From a bacterium (GTDB taxonomy: Bacteria; Bacillota_I; Bacilli_A; RF39; UBA660), in the NCBI GenBank assembly GCA_029099845.1, contig JAQXOT010000014.1, positions 8,879-72,878 on the forward strand: a stretch of 64,000 bases of DNA, written 5' to 3'. Under the pieces are notes generated by a model. That model was not told where the DNA came from, searched no databases, and saw only the letters and a program-made list of their open reading frames with translations. Both the position numbers and the translations under genes were made by a program. Positions within the stretch are counted from its first letter, which is position 1, and each line of letters opens with the position of its first letter. Below, piece by piece: positions 19,530 to 28,613 of this stretch.

Positions 19530-21383
19530 TCATTCGGCGTTTATAATATAGAAATGTTGACTATAACTTTCTTTTTGATAAGTACTTAAGATTAAACTAC
19601 CACTTGTTACGCCAAAATTATTATTGGTTGTAGCTAAGTATGTTTGATTATTAGGATCTGTAGTAGGCTGAACTCTTGGCTTTAAGCGATAAGAGCCATC
19701 ACCTAGAGGAATAATTTCCCACTGAGTCCATTGATAATCATCGGCGTAAGAACTGGAAGTATTAATATTTGAGTTATTTTGCCCTTTATTATCAACTATT
19801 TGCATGGCTTGAGTTGATTCTCTTTCAACTAATTTATAATAGCTTTTTCCTGATATTTCAGCGACTTTTGTAATCGTCCATTTTTGAAGATTAGAACCAT
19901 TTATAGGATTTAAGCCAACTAATCTTTGGTATTTAGCTTGGGCATCATTAGCATCTTGATAACTATTTAGAGCAGTTACAGCTCCCATGTTTGGTGATAA
20001 AGCAGTGAAGATGTAATAAGTTCCATCTGGAAGGGCTTTTGTTGAATCGGGATCCCATGCACTTATGTGTATTCCCGTAGCATCTTCTGGACTGCTTTTA
20101 GGAGTTGATGCTTCAGAGTTAATTCCAATTAGAGTTTGCCAAGAACCAGCTGCACTTTTTACTTGTAAGGTATGGGTATTTAAAATTCTTTCACTGGCTG
20201 TTGTAATATTACTTGGAACATGCCAAACGGCAATTTCATCTAAATTTTTATCGGCTCCTAAATCTATTTCAAGGCATTTATTTTCACCAAAAGCACCATC
20301 TGTTTTTATGGTTGCTAAAGAACCATCTTGGGCTTCTGTTGCTGAGGTAAGGGCAATATTAGTTCCATTTGATATAGCTTGAATTTCTAACCATTGAGGA
20401 GCGGTTGTACTACCAACTCCAGTTATACAATCCTTTATATATCTAACAGCTGCAAGAGTACTGTTTTTCCTAGCTGGTGGATTATCTTTGGTATTGGTAG
20501 ATATTAGTTCTATTTTGGCTTTACCATTACCAATGTTAGCATTTTCAGACATCATACCATCTATAAAATATCTACCATTAGTAGTTGAGCTTGCATAATC
20601 AACGCCGGCATAACCAGCAATAAAGGAAGAACCTCCGGCACCAGGTCCGGCATTGCCACCGCCTCCACCACCATAATAACCACTGCCACCTCCAGCACCA
20701 TTATTTGCTCCAGCTCCACCGGTTCCTAGGGCGCCAGAGGCAGCACCAGAACCAGCATTTCCACCAGATGTTTGTGTGGCTCCTTGTCCATAAGTTTCAA
20801 TTGCATAGGAATAGGCTTCTAAAGTTCCCCCATTTTGACCAGCAGCACTACTACTAGCTCCACCACCGCCGGATGCAATCATTATTCTGCTTTTTAGTGA
20901 AGCAGTATCATTCCATTCACCATTTACTAGTCTAACATCGGTAGCACCACCGCCACCTTTTCCTGTACCATTACCTGCTCCGCCACCATTTACACCACCT
21001 GTAGTTCCTGAACCAGTAGTACCAACATAGAAGTATAAATAAGTGTTTTCTTCTAAGTAGATAACGCCTGAAGTATAGGCTCCTGCTCCACCTTTTAAAT
21101 TATTGTTATAATCGGCTCCAGAAGCACCCCATAATTCAATTTTATACCAACCAGCTTTGCCATATGGCACAATATATTCTTGGATAGTATCAGTTGATGA
21201 AAATTCAGTGGTTGTTAGGCTATAACGATTTAATTCTTCTTCGATAGTGGTTACTAAGTCTTTAGTATTATGGCGATTTGAAGCCATTATACCCATCATT
21301 AGTGCAACAATTAAAAAAACCATTATTAATAATGAATATAATATTGTCGATATAGCGAACCCTCTATTGTTTAGCTTTTTCAT
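19530..21383 (-). CDS. Multidomain surface protein: pilin-like hydrophobic leader, ALK/LTK-type glycine-rich domain, discoidin (F5/8 type C)-like domain, ricin-B lectin
   Basis: The leader is MKKLNNRGFAISTILYSLLIMVFLIVALMMGIM. The glycine-rich region is WYKIELWGASGA...GGAGAYTSG...LYFYVGTTG...GGGGATDVRL...IASGGGGAS. The discoidin-like region is WLEIQAISNGTNIA...CLEIDLGADKNLDEIAVWH. The C-terminal trefoil has LQKW / TQWE / SQHF repeats. A GAGGT SD lies 37 nt after the rsmD stop. Confidence 0.7.
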   Translation of the reverse strand: MKKLNNRGFAISTILYSLLIMVFLIVALMMGIMASNRHNTKDLVTTIEEELNRYSLTTTEFSSTDTIQEYIVPYGKAGWYKIELWGASGADYNNNLKGGAGAYTSGVIYLEENTYLYFYVGTTGSGTTGGVNGGGAGNGTGKGGGGATDVRLVNGEWNDTASLKSRIMIASGGGGASSSAAGQNGGTLEAYSYAIETYGQGATQTSGGNAGSGAASGALGTGGAGANNGAGGGSGYYGGGGGGNAGPGAGGSSFIAGYAGVDYASSTTNGRYFIDGMMSENANIGNGKAKIELISTNTKDNPPARKNSTLAAVRYIKDCITGVGSTTAPQWLEIQAISNGTNIALTSATEAQDGSLATIKTDGAFGENKCLEIDLGADKNLDEIAVWHVPSNITTASERILNTHTLQVKSAAGSWQTLIGINSEASTPKSSPEDATGIHISAWDPDSTKALPDGTYYIFTALSPNMGAVTALNSYQDANDAQAKYQRLVGLNPINGSNLQKWTITKVAEISGKSYYKLVERESTQAMQIVDNKGQNNSNINTSSSYADDYQWTQWEIIPLGDGSYRLKPRVQPTTDPNNQTYLATTNNNFGVTSGSLILSTYQKESYSQHFYIINAE

Positions 21384-21420
21384 ATTATCAACCTCGGTTA
21401 TCTTTTATTATGTAATTATT

Positions 21421-21969
21421 TTAGCATATTTTTTTTAAGATAACTACCCATTTATCACCATATTTTTTTTCTTTAATGGCTGTAAATGATGCACTATAGA
21501 TGATTTTATCTAGATATTGACTTTCACAAACAATTATACCATCACTTGCTAATAAGTCGTATTTTTCAATATAATTTATACTTTTTTCAATATAATCTCT
21601 AGCATATGGTGGGTCAAGAAAAATAATATCAAATTTAATATTTTGACTGGCTAAGTTTTTTAGAGCAATTTTATAATCAGCTAAAATAACTTGACAATTC
21701 TTTACTCCAATATTATTAATATTTTTCTTTATTGTATCGGTTGCTATTTTATTATTATCAACTGCATAAGCCATTTTAGCGCCTTCACTTAATGATTCAA
21801 TTGCTAAATTGCCACTACCAGAAAAAAGGTCTAAGACTTGGCTTTGCGGTATATAGTCTTGAATCGTTGCAAAAAGACTTTCTTTTACTCTTTCAAGTGT
21901 TGGTCTTGTACCAGTTATATTGTAGCCTGTAATATTTCTTCCTTTGTATATTCCGCTAATTACTTTCAT
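21421..21969 (-). CDS. rsmD: 16S rRNA (guanine966-N2)-methyltransferase
   Basis: DLFSGSGNLAIESLSEGA SAM motif and FLDPPY. Length is 182 aa. It has an ATGA overlap with the upstream gene. Confidence 0.85.
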   Translation of the reverse strand: MKVISGIYKGRNITGYNITGTRPTLERVKESLFATIQDYIPQSQVLDLFSGSGNLAIESLSEGAKMAYAVDNNKIATDTIKKNINNIGVKNCQVILADYKIALKNLASQNIKFDIIFLDPPYARDYIEKSINYIEKYDLLASDGIIVCESQYLDKIIYSASFTAIKEKKYGDKWVVILKKIC

Positions 21970-22250
21970 ATTTTACACTTACCTTTATTACTTATTTTAG
22001 TTAATTTTGAATTTATGAATAGTATTAAGATATTTAGTTCCGTTTCAGCATGTTTATATTCTTGATATAAATCTGAATCATAGATATCTTGTTTTAATGA
22101 CTCCTTTCTAGTTTGTTTATATAATTCAATATTATTCAACAATTCTTTATCTTTTTTTATTTCAGCATTTAATCTTTTTATGTTTTTTACTTGTTCTGTT
22201 TCATTTAGTTCTGTTTTTAAAAGTGCTATTTTTTCTAATAATTCTTCCAT
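21966..22250 (-). CDS. YlbF/YmcA-family-like coiled-coil protein
   Basis: A 94-aa helical protein with a C-terminal Cys, in the ylbF position immediately upstream of rsmD. Confidence 0.45.
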   Translation of the reverse strand: MEELLEKIALLKTELNETEQVKNIKRLNAEIKKDKELLNNIELYKQTRKESLKQDIYDSDLYQEYKHAETELNILILFINSKLTKISNKGKCKI

Positions 22251-22271
22251 AAATTAATTTTATCATATATT

Positions 22272-22493
22272 TTATTTTAATACATCTAGAAAATTATTAA
22301 TTATATTGATGCTTTGGGATAAGGATTCTAGGCGATCTTGGGGAGTTAATTTATAGTGTTTTTTGGCTAGTTCTTCTAATGGCTTTAGATTTTTGCTACT
22401 GCGGTTTAGTTGTTTATACCAACTTGGGTCTTCACGAAGATAGTTGTGGATTATGGGATTATTTTTAATGTAGTTAATCGTATATAAATCCAT
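22272..22493 (-). CDS. YlbE-like protein
   Basis: IKNNPIIHNYLREDPSWYKQLNRSSKNLKPLEELAKKHYKLTPQDR resembles Bacillus YlbE as I recall it. Start refined to the internal ATG at 22493, which removes the overlap with the upstream gene. Confidence 0.55.
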   Translation of the reverse strand: MDLYTINYIKNNPIIHNYLREDPSWYKQLNRSSKNLKPLEELAKKHYKLTPQDRLESLSQSINIINNFLDVLK

Positions 22494-22494
22494 A

Positions 22495-22857
22495 TTAATC
22501 CTCAAAGTATTTATATAATGGACGTGGTTCATATGGTGGTGGTTGTTTATTAAGTGAGCCTAAACCAATATCTTGTAAAAGGCCTATGGTTTTTTGAAGA
22601 TTATTGACACCTTTTTGAACAGAATCCAAGTCAATATTTTTAATCATATTTACTAGATCCTTAACTGTTGCTTTGCTATCGGTGGGCTGAGAAATTTGAC
22701 TTACAGTTTTTTGGAGGTAGTCATCCCATATTTTACTATCCTCACCATAAATTTCATAGAGTTCATATAACTTCTGCCAAGAAGTTTTATTATTAATTAC
22801 TTTGGTCGCTAATTCGGGGTGACTTCTAGCAAAGATTTTAAATGTTTCTTTCGACAT
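22495..22857 (-). CDS. YlbD-like protein
   Basis: FKIFARSHPELATKVINNKTSWQKLYELYEIYGEDSKIWDDY resembles the YlbD family. Start refined to the ATG at 22857. Confidence 0.55.
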   Translation of the reverse strand: MSKETFKIFARSHPELATKVINNKTSWQKLYELYEIYGEDSKIWDDYLQKTVSQISQPTDSKATVKDLVNMIKNIDLDSVQKGVNNLQKTIGLLQDIGLGSLNKQPPPYEPRPLYKYFED

Positions 22858-22909
22858 AATATCACCTATATAATAATATGCTTCTGGCAAGAAAAAAGAA
22901 GTATTAAAA

Positions 22910-23656
22910 TTACTTCTTTGGTGATTTTACTTTTTGTAAAGGTTTTTCTTCAGAAATTGAAGGGTTTTCTTCTAAAGGGACATTAGCTTGTTCATTTTGT
23001 AATTCTTCGAGTAAAAATTTCCGTTCTTCTTTTAGTTCATTTAGAAGATTATTTTCAGTCGGTAGTTCTTCTTTAGAAGGTTGCTTCTTAGTATCATATT
23101 TTTTGATATATGAAGCAATGGTCATTGATTGTAGAACGGTTGTTGCGATAGCAATTGGTAATACTATTTCTTGATTGTTACTAATTACGCCTACTCCACC
23201 TAAGGCAAAAATTGCACCGGTTTTAATTTTTCCCATTATAGTTGATGATGGGCTATTATTGGAAACTTTTTCTTTTAAATTGATTCCAGCAATTATTCCT
23301 TCTAAACCAGTATTAACTAGTAAGTATGGATTATTTATGCTCCCTGTTAAAAGAAGGGTTGCAACAAATACTTTATCAGTTAAAGCATCAAGATCAGCAC
23401 CTAACTGACTAGATAGATGCCAATTTCTAGCAATGAATCCATCGGCTAAATCGGTTAAGCCAAACAAGGCAGCTAAGCCAGCCGCAGCTTTAGAATTACC
23501 AGATAAAGCTGTAGGAATAATAGCCGCTGGTGATAGCAGACGACAAAATGTTAAAATGTTAGGAATTTGCTTATGTCTTTGACCTGGAGTTTTTAAATCA
23601 GTAAGTGCTTCTTCAATTTCTTCTTTATATTTACTTATAAGTTCTTCGGCAGTCAT
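22910..23656 (-). CDS. CDP-alcohol phosphatidyltransferase family protein with a hydrophilic C-terminal tail
   Basis: DLADGFIARNWHLSSQLGADLDALTDK matches D-x2-DG-x2-AR-x8-G-x3-D-x3-D. Confidence 0.75.
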   Translation of the reverse strand: MTAEELISKYKEEIEEALTDLKTPGQRHKQIPNILTFCRLLSPAAIIPTALSGNSKAAAGLAALFGLTDLADGFIARNWHLSSQLGADLDALTDKVFVATLLLTGSINNPYLLVNTGLEGIIAGINLKEKVSNNSPSSTIMGKIKTGAIFALGGVGVISNNQEIVLPIAIATTVLQSMTIASYIKKYDTKKQPSKEELPTENNLLNELKEERKFLLEELQNEQANVPLEENPSISEEKPLQKVKSPKK

Positions 23657-23770
23657 ATTTCCTCCTAAATATTGCTTTGTATTTTACCACGTTTTTATGT
23701 TTTTGGCAAGGAAAATATGACAATATGTTTTAATAAATTAATTTTTTCGCTTTATTAATATTTATTTTAC

Positions 23771-23803
23771 AAAAAAGGTATAATTTGTAATTATACCTTT
23801 TTT
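23771..23803 (-). terminator. Terminator of parC
   Basis: The stem aaaaaaggtataat / attatacctttttt has a 5-nt loop, with A/T runs on both sides. Confidence 0.75.
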
Positions 23804-23814
23804 GTCTTTAGATT

Positions 23815-26400
23815 TTAATTTAGAAAGTCATCAATAGTCATTAGGCGATCATCTATTTCTTTTAATGATATTTTTTCCTTTTTAGGTACTATGGTTGATG
23901 TTTGGCTAGAGATGTTTGGTGTTGGCGATTGCTCTTGTTCTTCGCTAGTATCCATGATATTTACTTGCTCTTTACTACTTCTAGTTAGTGTAGCAACTAG
24001 GAAGGCATCTGATAAATTGTGCTTTGATATTTGCGTACCAATTGAATAGCGATCACTTATTGGTAGCTCGGTTAGTTTAACTGTATTAATATCATCATTT
24101 TTGATGCCGATATAGTTTTTTGAGTCAGTAATAAAAGTTTTGATAATGTGGTGTGGATTAGTTTTGATTTCTCTTATTACTTGTAGACCACGACGCGTAC
24201 GTGATGATATTTCAAATTCATTAAGTCTAATTCTTTTACCAGTACCTTTATCAGTAATTAATGAGAGATATTCGTCTTTAGTTGGATTAAAGTTATTTAC
24301 TGAGATTAAATTATCATCTTTTAATTTTATAGCTTTAACACCAGAAGCTTTAACACCAACTAGTGGGATTTCATCAGTTTTAAAGATTAAGCCGTAACCA
24401 GAATCGGTGGTTAGGAAAACATAATCTTCAGTTTCTAAAAGTGCTGATATTACAGTATCATTATCTTTTAGTTTAATGCAACTAGTGGCTTTAGAATAGC
24501 GCTGTAGTTTAAAGTCTTTTAAACAAGAACGTTTAATCATTCCATCACGAGTTGCTATAATTATATTTTTATCTGATTCAAAACCATAGGCTGGAATAGC
24601 TGAAACGATTGCTTCTTCTGGAGCAAGTTCTATTATATTGCTAACATGTTTAGGCATATCTTTCCATTTTAAATCTGGAATAATGTGAACTGGTATATGA
24701 AGGTAATTACCAGAAGTTGTAAATAACAAAATCGTGTCAACGGTATTCATTTCATATATGCCTAAAATGTAGTCATTGTCTTTAATAGTAATATCTTCAG
24801 GATTTGATGCCGTATAGCTGCGGAAAGAAGTTCTTTTTATATAACCATCTTTAGTAACCATAACAACTACGTCTTCTTTAGGAATCATAGCCGAACTATC
24901 AATTTTAATTTCTGTTATTTCGTCTTTTATTTCAGTAATTCTCGGCGTTGGATAATCATTTCTTACGTCGCGTAGATCTTTTTTCATAACGTTTTTCAAG
25001 ACATCTTCACTGCCTAAAATAGCTGTTAGGCCATTAATGATTTTTTCAAGGGATGCTTTTTCGTTTTCTAAGGCAACAACGTCAGTATTAGTTAAGCGAT
25101 ATAATTGTAAAACTACTATAGCTTCAGCTTGCTCTTCAGTAAAGTCGTATTCTTTTACTAAATTGTCTTTAGCATCTTGTTTATTTTTAGAAGCACGGAT
25201 AGTTTTTATTACTTGATCTAAAATTGAGATACATTTAATTAGCCCTTCAACGATATGATATCTAGCTTTGGCATGAGCCAAATCAAATTCTGTTCTTCGT
25301 TTTACAACATCTTTTTGATGAGCGATGAAGGCATCTAGAGCATCTTCAAGACTTAATAACTTTGGCCTACGATTAACAATTGAAACCATATTAAAGTTGT
25401 AACTTATTTGCATGTCAGTATTTTTCAATAAATAGTTTAAAATTAATTCCTTGTTGGCATTTTTCTTTAAATCAATTACAATTCTAACATCAGCAGCTGA
25501 TTCGTCCCTTACTTCAATTATTCCATCGATTTTTTTGTCTATTCTAATATCGTCTATTTTCTTTACTAATAAGGACTTATTAGATTCAAATGGAATTTCA
25601 GTAATTACTAATGATAATTTGTTTTTATCTTCTTCAAAAGTATATTTACTTTTAATATTGATTTTTCCACGCCCTGTGCGATAAGCGTCTTTAATTCCAG
25701 AAATTCCCTCAACAATGGCTCCAGTTGGAAAATCAGGGCCTTTAACAAATTTCATTAAATCATCTAATGTGCAATCTGGGTGTTCAATACGATAAATGGT
25801 AGCATCAATTACTTCCGTTAAATTATGAGGTGGGATATTAGTTGCATAACCGGCAGAAATTCCTTGTGCCCCGTAAACTAAAAGGGCTGGGAATCTGGCT
25901 GGTAGGACAGTTGGTTCTGTCGTCGTGTCATCAAAGTTTGGTGAAAATTCAACCGTATTCTTATCAATATCACGAAGCATTTCATTACTAATTTTTGAAA
26001 GACGAGCTTCGGTATAACGATAAGCGGCGGGAGAGTCACCATCAATTGATCCATTATTACCATGCATATCTATATATGGTAAACGTGTCTTCCAAGGTTG
26101 TGACATTCTTACCATAGCGTCATAAATAGAGCTGTCGCCATGAGGATGGTAATTACCAATAACATCTCCTACCGTTTTGGCACTTTTACGATAACCTTTG
26201 TCATAGGTATTTTTTTCTTTATACATTGAATACAAAATACGGCGTTGAACAGGCTTAAGACCATCTCTAGCATCAGGAATAGCACGATCTTGGATAATGT
26301 ATTTTGAATAACTACCAAATCTTTCACCCATTATATCTTCTAGTGTGTAATCAAATATTTTTTCAATTACTTCTTCTGTTTCTGACTTAGTTTTTGCCAT
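23815..26400 (-). CDS. parC: DNA topoisomerase IV subunit A
   Basis: GERFGSYSKYIIQDRAIPDARDGLKPVQRRILYSM is the ParC/GrlA-type N-terminus. The active-site AAYRYTEARL is present. It is paired with parE upstream. Confidence 0.85.
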   Translation of the reverse strand: MAKTKSETEEVIEKIFDYTLEDIMGERFGSYSKYIIQDRAIPDARDGLKPVQRRILYSMYKEKNTYDKGYRKSAKTVGDVIGNYHPHGDSSIYDAMVRMSQPWKTRLPYIDMHGNNGSIDGDSPAAYRYTEARLSKISNEMLRDIDKNTVEFSPNFDDTTTEPTVLPARFPALLVYGAQGISAGYATNIPPHNLTEVIDATIYRIEHPDCTLDDLMKFVKGPDFPTGAIVEGISGIKDAYRTGRGKINIKSKYTFEEDKNKLSLVITEIPFESNKSLLVKKIDDIRIDKKIDGIIEVRDESAADVRIVIDLKKNANKELILNYLLKNTDMQISYNFNMVSIVNRRPKLLSLEDALDAFIAHQKDVVKRRTEFDLAHAKARYHIVEGLIKCISILDQVIKTIRASKNKQDAKDNLVKEYDFTEEQAEAIVVLQLYRLTNTDVVALENEKASLEKIINGLTAILGSEDVLKNVMKKDLRDVRNDYPTPRITEIKDEITEIKIDSSAMIPKEDVVVMVTKDGYIKRTSFRSYTASNPEDITIKDNDYILGIYEMNTVDTILLFTTSGNYLHIPVHIIPDLKWKDMPKHVSNIIELAPEEAIVSAIPAYGFESDKNIIIATRDGMIKRSCLKDFKLQRYSKATSCIKLKDNDTVISALLETEDYVFLTTDSGYGLIFKTDEIPLVGVKASGVKAIKLKDDNLISVNNFNPTKDEYLSLITDKGTGKRIRLNEFEISSRTRRGLQVIREIKTNPHHIIKTFITDSKNYIGIKNDDINTVKLTELPISDRYSIGTQISKHNLSDAFLVATLTRSSKEQVNIMDTSEEQEQSPTPNISSQTSTIVPKKEKISLKEIDDRLMTIDDFLN

Positions 26401-26588
26401 GTTTTCACTACTTTCTAATTATTTTTTTATATTTTTTATTAAATAGAATTAAATATTTTAGATAAAGTTTATGTCCTTTACTAAATTTTTTTAGTTAGTA
26501 AATTCTATTTATTAAGTTAGCAATTTTATTTTTAGTTCTTACTAATTATTTTATTAAGAGAATGTTAGATAAAAGAAATATTATAAAC

Positions 26589-28490
26589 TTAGATTTCGTA
26601 GTTATCTTCTAGAGTAAATTCAACATTTTCATCAATCCATTCTTTTCTAGGTGTAACATCATCACCCATTAGGACGGAAACACGTTTTTCTGCTAGTTGG
26701 GCATCTTCAATATTTACTCTAATTAGAGTTCTACTGCCTGGTTTCATAGTGGTTTCACAAAGTTGGTCGGCATTCATTTCACCAAGTCCTTTGTAACGCT
26801 GAATTTCGCAACGTTTTCCTTTACTTTTGGCTTGCATTTCTTCAATGGTGTAGGCATATTCAATATTTTTACCACTTTGAATTTTAAATAATGGTGGTAA
26901 GGCAACAAATAGGCGGCCATCTTCAATTAGAGGCCTCATGTAACGATAAAAGAAAGTTAGTAGTAAGCATTGAATGTGTCCACCATCTTCATCAGCATCG
27001 GACATGATAATTACTTTGGAATACTCGCAATCTTTAATATCAAAGTTAGAGCCATAACCAGCACCAATAGTATATATCATTGTATTGATTTCTTCATTTT
27101 TTAAAATTTCTTCTTCCCTAGTTTTTTCGGTATTTAAAACTTTTCCACGTAAAGGAAGAATAGCTTGATAGCGCCTATCACGACCTTGCTTTGCTGAACC
27201 ACCAGCAGAATCTCCCTCAACTAAGAATAACTCTTTTTTAGTTTTATCTTTACTTTGAGCGGGAGCAAGTTTACCAGATAGTGAACGTTCCTTACTATTT
27301 TTCTTAGTACCTTTTCTGGCTTCTTCTCTAGCTTTACGAGCTGCCTCACGAGCAATTTTACTTTTTAGACTTTTATTAACTATTTCTGTTGCTATTGCTT
27401 TATTTTCTTCTAAGTAAGTCCTAATTTGCTCTGTTACAATTGCTTCTACGGCAACACGGGCTTGTGGTGTTCCTAATTTGCCTTTGGTTTGACCTTCGAA
27501 TTGTAATATTCCTTCTGGAACTTTTAAACTAATTACAGCGGTTAGCCCTTCCCTAACGTCACTACCTTCAAAGGCTTTATCTTTGCCTTTGACAAAGCCA
27601 TTACTTTTGGCATAGTCGTTGAATACTTTGGTAAGGGCAGTTTTAAAACCAACTTCATGCGAACCACCATCTATCGTTTTTACGTTATTTACAAAGCTAA
27701 CAATATTTTCATTATAGGAATCAGTATATTGCAGAGCTATTTCTACTTCAATTTTTTCTTTGGTACCGCCGATAGACAAAACTTTATGAATAGGATTTTT
27801 GCCTTTGTTTAATTCTTCAACGAATTCTTCAATTCCTCTTTCATAATGAAACTTTGCACTGCGTTCGTCTTCTTCATCTATAACTTCAATAGTAATTCCT
27901 TTTAAAAGAAAGGCGCTTTCCTGCATTCTTTCACAAATTGTTGTGTAAGAAAAATTAGTAGTGGTAAAAATTTCATCATCTGGTAAAAATCTAACCGTTG
28001 TTCCAGTTTTGTTGGTAGTTCCAACTTCTTTTAGTGGAACAACGGTGTGGCCTCCATCTTCAAAACGAATGTAGTATTCTTTTTTGTCCCTTTTTATTGT
28101 TACTTCTAACCATTTTGATAAAGCATTAACAACACTAGAACCAACACCATGCAAACCACCGGATACTTTATAGCCTTCACTTTCGAATTTACCACCGGCG
28201 TGTAAAACTGTGAAAATTACTTCTGGAGTTGATTTGCCGGTTGAATGCATTCCAGCTGGTAAGCCACGGCCATGATCTTCAACACTTATGGATTTATCTT
28301 TATGAATTGTTATTTTTATATAATCACCAAAACCATTAATGGCCTCGTCTATTGAGTTATCAACAATTTCCCATACTAGATGATGAAGACCTCTTTTGTC
28401 GGTTGACCCAATATACATACCTGGTCTTTTTCTTACTGCTTCTAGTCCTTCAAGAACTTTAATCGATGTCTCATCATACTTTATTGCCAT
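26589..28490 (-). CDS. parE: DNA topoisomerase IV subunit B
   Basis: YDETSIKVLEGLEAVRKRPGMYIGST, GLHGVG and the Toprim EGDSAGG motif. Start refined to the ATG at 28490, 8 nt after AGGAG. The track start is a GTG within the SD. Confidence 0.85.
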   Translation of the reverse strand: MAIKYDETSIKVLEGLEAVRKRPGMYIGSTDKRGLHHLVWEIVDNSIDEAINGFGDYIKITIHKDKSISVEDHGRGLPAGMHSTGKSTPEVIFTVLHAGGKFESEGYKVSGGLHGVGSSVVNALSKWLEVTIKRDKKEYYIRFEDGGHTVVPLKEVGTTNKTGTTVRFLPDDEIFTTTNFSYTTICERMQESAFLLKGITIEVIDEEDERSAKFHYERGIEEFVEELNKGKNPIHKVLSIGGTKEKIEVEIALQYTDSYNENIVSFVNNVKTIDGGSHEVGFKTALTKVFNDYAKSNGFVKGKDKAFEGSDVREGLTAVISLKVPEGILQFEGQTKGKLGTPQARVAVEAIVTEQIRTYLEENKAIATEIVNKSLKSKIAREAARKAREEARKGTKKNSKERSLSGKLAPAQSKDKTKKELFLVEGDSAGGSAKQGRDRRYQAILPLRGKVLNTEKTREEEILKNEEINTMIYTIGAGYGSNFDIKDCEYSKVIIMSDADEDGGHIQCLLLTFFYRYMRPLIEDGRLFVALPPLFKIQSGKNIEYAYTIEEMQAKSKGKRCEIQRYKGLGEMNADQLCETTMKPGSRTLIRVNIEDAQLAEKRVSVLMGDDVTPRKEWIDENVEFTLEDNYEI

Positions 28491-28521
28491 TGTTATCACT
28501 CCTAATATTTAACTATATGTT

Positions 28522-28550
28522 ATTATAACGAAAATAAGTTTTCTTTTCAA
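28522..28550 (-). promoter_or_regulatory. Sigma-A promoter of parE-parC
   Basis: The minus strand reads TTGAAA, 17 nt, TATAAT. Confidence 0.55.
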
Positions 28551-28591
28551 TCAAAGTTTACTTTTTTTGACAAATTTATTGGCTAGCAAGG

Positions 28592-28613
28592 AAAAAGTCG
28601 GATTATTCCGACT
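28592..28613 (-). terminator. Terminator after paralogue A, with the stop codon in the loop
   Basis: A 7-bp stem (agtcgga / tccgact) with a 4-nt loop, followed by T5 on the minus strand. Confidence 0.6.
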
